DNA from: Pseudomonadota bacterium
GTDB taxonomy: Bacteria; Myxococcota; JACRCW01; JAFGSX01
Assembly (NCBI GenBank): GCA_043821645.1
Contig: JBDRCO010000022.1
Coordinates: 33,631 to 97,630 of the forward strand
Length of the DNA: 64,000 bases
Reading direction: 5' to 3'
Notes under the pieces: generated by a model
Database searches by the model: none
Told to the model about the DNA's origin: nothing
The model's input: the letters and a program-made list of their open reading frames with translations, nothing else
Program-made: the position numbers and the translations under genes
In this document: in pieces, positions 61,157 to 64,000 of the stretch
Position numbering within the stretch: position 1 is the stretch's first letter
Layout of the letters: every line of letters begins with the position of its first letter

Positions 61157-62530
61157 ATGGCGTCCTGGCCGCGACCCCTGCTGTTCCTGCTCGCCGGAGC
61201 CTGCACTCCGATGGCCGTGGTCATCGAGGGGCCCGACGCCGCCCCGGGCGACGCCACGAACTGGGATGCTTCGGGCGCCGACACGACCCAGCGCGATGCC
61301 ACCGACGAGGATGGTCCGGTGATCCTCGACGCGCTCTCGGCGCACGACACAGCGGCTCCCGACAGCTCCGAGACCTGGCCACCCGGACCCGTGCTCGATC
61401 GCACCATCAACTTCCAGCCACCGGGCAATCCGCCATCGGGCGCCGAGGCCGACACAGGGGCCGTGTACGGTCTGCAAGGGTATGGCTGGAGTACCGATCT
61501 CAGCAGCGCCACCGACCGTGCCGATCTGCGGCCGGGCGAGCCCTTGCTCGACACCTTCGTCGCGGCCGGGGCGGCCGGGCGCGTCGACACCTGGGAGCTG
61601 ATGGTGCCCGAGGCGCGCTACCTGGTGACCGTCGCCATGGGCAACCCGTCCCAGGCCACCGGCCCGCTGCGCCTGGTGGTCGAGGGCGAGCCCGTAGTCG
61701 ACGGCCTCAACAGCCTGCGCAACGAATTTCTGTGGGTTGTGGACCGCGTCGTCGGCGTGCGCGACGGGCGTCTGACCCTGCAGCTCGGTAACGGCGTCAA
61801 CCCCAGCACTCTCAACTTCGTGCGCGTGCGCAGTCTGGAGCCTGCGGGCGGTTGCGCTGCACGCACCGAGGTGTGCAACGGACTCGACGAGGACTGCAAC
61901 AGCCAGCCCGACGACAATGCGGTCTGCAGTGCCGTGCCGACCTGCTACAGCAGCACCCTGGCGGACTCGGCGAGCGTCGCCACGGCGGGATTCAGCCAGC
62001 GCGGTGGGTCCTTCGTCAGCGGCGGCCTCCAGATCGACGGGGTTGGAGCGCGCCTCGAACGCACGCTGCAGGGCAATTTCGCCCAGGGCCACATCGGCTT
62101 CGAGGTCCGCAACCTGCTCTGGCAACGCCCTTCCGAACCCAACGCCACGGCTTGCACGCGCACGGTGTTCGAACTCAACCACGGTGGCGGGCAGGATCCC
62201 CTGCACGGTCGGCTGATCCTGTGGAGCGTGGCACCGGGGTGCGGCAACCAGACTGGCGGCGTGCTCCGCCTGTCGCTCCCGGGTGCCTTCTGCTGTCTGG
62301 ACAGCCCGTCCCTGGCCAGCGTCGACGATGACCAGTGGCACAGCGTGCAGGTGGTGTGGACAGGCCAGCGCGTGAGCCTGTGGCTGGATCAGGTCGAGGT
62401 CGCGAACCACGACGCCAGGTTCCCCTCGGTGGGGCGCGATCCGCTGCTGTGGCTGGGGAGCGCCGGTGGCTCGGGAGACGTCACCGGTGCCAGCTTTCGC
62501 AACCTGGAGGTCTGCAACACACCACCATGA
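61157..62530 (+). CDS. Lipoprotein with carbohydrate-binding-like beta-sandwich, EVCNGLDEDC metal-binding motif and LamG/ConA-like domain
   Basis: Lipobox AGAC; INFQP...DTG.VY...YGW...V.DG.LTL sandwich; E.CNG.D.DC motif; DDQWHSVQVVW....SLWLD. Confidence 0.75.
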   Translation: MASWPRPLLFLLAGACTPMAVVIEGPDAAPGDATNWDASGADTTQRDATDEDGPVILDALSAHDTAAPDSSETWPPGPVLDRTINFQPPGNPPSGAEADTGAVYGLQGYGWSTDLSSATDRADLRPGEPLLDTFVAAGAAGRVDTWELMVPEARYLVTVAMGNPSQATGPLRLVVEGEPVVDGLNSLRNEFLWVVDRVVGVRDGRLTLQLGNGVNPSTLNFVRVRSLEPAGGCAARTEVCNGLDEDCNSQPDDNAVCSAVPTCYSSTLADSASVATAGFSQRGGSFVSGGLQIDGVGARLERTLQGNFAQGHIGFEVRNLLWQRPSEPNATACTRTVFELNHGGGQDPLHGRLILWSVAPGCGNQTGGVLRLSLPGAFCCLDSPSLASVDDDQWHSVQVVWTGQRVSLWLDQVEVANHDARFPSVGRDPLLWLGSAGGSGDVTGASFRNLEVCNTPP

Positions 62531-62952
62531 GCACACGCCCAGAGGAGCCTCATCTGATCGTGCGGGTGGCTGGAACCTCTCTGGCCTTGCCCATCTCGTG
62601 CGTGGCCCGGCTGGAGGAGCGCGAGGCAGCGGCCTCTCTCGACCTCGCTGAGCTGTGTGAGCTGGCGCCAGCGTCGGCACAGCGCGCGGGGCGGGTGGCT
62701 CTGCGCACGGCGGCGGGCATCGTGGTCGCCACCCTCGACGCGGTGGAGGAGCTGGTGAGCCAGCCGCGGATCGAAGCCCTGCCGGCCCTGACCGCGCTCA
62801 CCCAGCCGGAGGTGGTGCGGGGCCTGCTCATCCTTCCGGGCGAACCTTCGTCGCGCCTCGCCATCGTCCTTGACGGAGCACGCCTGGGAGACCTCATCGC
62901 CGAGCGCCTGTACCAGCGCGACGCCGGGCTCGCGAGCGCGGAGGGCGCTTGA
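62527..62952 (+). CDS. cheW: CheW-like protein
   Basis: LIVRVAG..LALPIS.V, ..D.VEEL and LAIVLD...L pattern; ATGA overlap with the upstream gene. Confidence 0.65.
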   Translation: MSTRPEEPHLIVRVAGTSLALPISCVARLEEREAAASLDLAELCELAPASAQRAGRVALRTAAGIVVATLDAVEELVSQPRIEALPALTALTQPEVVRGLLILPGEPSSRLAIVLDGARLGDLIAERLYQRDAGLASAEGA

Positions 62953-63404
62953 AAGGCGACACCCGCATCCTGGCCTTCGCCGCCGGGGGCTGGCCCCTGT
63001 TCTCGCCCATTGCCCAGGTCGAGCGCGTGGTCGAGGAGCTGCACGTGGTGCCCCTGCCCTTCGCGGCAGCGGGCCTGGTCGGCCTGCTTGACGACGAGGA
63101 TGGTACGGTGCCCTTGTACGACCTCGACCCCTTCAGCTCGGGGCAGCCCGCAAAGTTGCGCGTGCAGGAGTTCGGCCTGGCCGCGATCGTGCTGAGCCCG
63201 GCTGGGCGCCTGGCCGTACGCCTGGACCGCCTGGTCGGGCTGCCCTCCTCGTCCATGCCCTTGCCTGGCGGACAGAGCGCGGTGGCCGAACTGCCCGAAC
63301 GGCTGCGGCCGTGCATCACGGGTGTCGCGGTCGTCGAGGGCTTGCTCGCCTTCGAGTTCTCCGCTGAACTCTTTGCAGGGCTGGTGGCGCAAGGCTCCAG
63401 TTGA
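62949..63404 (+). CDS. cheW: CheW-like protein
   Basis: PI.QVERVV...VPLP.....LVGL....G.VPLYDL and LAVRLDRLVG; TTGA overlap. Confidence 0.7.
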   Translation: MKGDTRILAFAAGGWPLFSPIAQVERVVEELHVVPLPFAAAGLVGLLDDEDGTVPLYDLDPFSSGQPAKLRVQEFGLAAIVLSPAGRLAVRLDRLVGLPSSSMPLPGGQSAVAELPERLRPCITGVAVVEGLLAFEFSAELFAGLVAQGSS

Positions 63405-63494
63405 GTTTTCGCGCCATCGACGCTATGACACTGCCCATCCTTATGTCCCGCGCCGAAAGGTGCGTGGAACGCACGACCCGTGCTGGAGAACACG

Positions 63495-64000
63495 ATGGCG
63501 CCGACCATTCTGTGCATCGAGGACAGCAAGACCATCCAGAAGGCCGTCGAGATTGCCTTTGCCTACGAGGGCTTTCAGGTCGTGCCGGCACTGACCCCCG
63601 CCGAGGGTCTGCAAAAAGCGCAGCAGCTGCAACCTGCGCTGGTGCTGCTCGATACCTCACTCCCGGGCGCAAACGCCTACGAGCTGTGCCAGTCCCTGCG
63701 GCAGAATCCGAGCACGGCCAGCGTTCCCGTGATCATGCTGGCGGGAACCGTGGAGGCTTTTGACCAGGCGAAGGCCCAGTCCGTGGGCTGCACCGATCAT
63801 CTGCCCAAGCCCTTCGAGACCAAGGTGCTGATCGAGAAGGCGCGCACGCTCACGGGCATCGCCGCCCAGCCTGTTGCAGCGGCACCGGCCGTCGCCCCCC
63901 CCCTGCCCACGCCTCCCGCGCCGGCAGCCCCGGCCCTGGCCCCTGTGGCACCGCGCCCGCCAGCACCCCCGGCCATGCCCGCGATCGCGCCGCCGGCGCC
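63495..64000 (+). CDS. romR: RomR-like response regulator (REC plus Pro-rich linker), truncated by the window edge
   Basis: Own translation MAPTILCIEDSKTIQKAVEIAFAYEGF...LLDTSLPG..AYELC..LR.NP.TASVPVIMLAGTVEAFD....KPFETKVLIEK followed by Pro/Ala-rich sequence; matches the Myxococcus RomR receiver (LAGTFEAFD, KPFESQ) and its CheW-domain upstream neighbour; GGAG RBS. Confidence 0.8.
   Translation, partial: MAPTILCIEDSKTIQKAVEIAFAYEGFQVVPALTPAEGLQKAQQLQPALVLLDTSLPGANAYELCQSLRQNPSTASVPVIMLAGTVEAFDQAKAQSVGCTDHLPKPFETKVLIEKARTLTGIAAQPVAAAPAVAPPLPTPPAPAAPALAPVAPRPPAPPAMPAIAPPA

Overview
High-GC bacterial chromosomal DNA, almost certainly Myxococcota. The evidence is three MYXO-CTERM-type C-termini, a CheW-like/romR locus and many Cys-rich lipoproteins with DAG/DSG linkers. 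About 42 genes are present. Housekeeping genes (dnaB, cysS, rpe, ssb, fmt, clpB, larC, an aldehyde:ferredoxin oxidoreductase with a MoaD/ThiS partner) are interleaved with many envelope or secreted proteins and signalling genes. I found no rRNA, tRNA, CRISPR array, transposase or prophage. Highlights: (1) a near-consensus sigma-54 promoter ahead of a predicted outer-membrane beta-barrel and two paralogous ~1400-aa metzincin lipoproteins, downstream of an orphan ECF sigma whose upstream region holds a perfect CRP-type box; (2) an adjacent two-gene operon made only of degenerate enzyme folds (pseudo-APH fused to a Cmk-like domain, plus a pseudo-RNA ligase); (3) a pseudokinase-MshEN-pseudoreceiver-DUF4388 protein near a REC-EAL phosphodiesterase; (4) tandem Cys-rich lipoproteins with EGF-like and LNR-like repeats, one frameshifted; (5) a 10-mer GGTACGACAG shared upstream of three secreted-protein loci; (6) a DUF1521-like gene beside an orphan SycD/LcrH-type chaperone; (7) a pseudo-IspD. 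All family calls come from motif recognition by eye, not database searches. Start codons were re-picked from RBS or signal-peptide evidence where the ORF track ran long.
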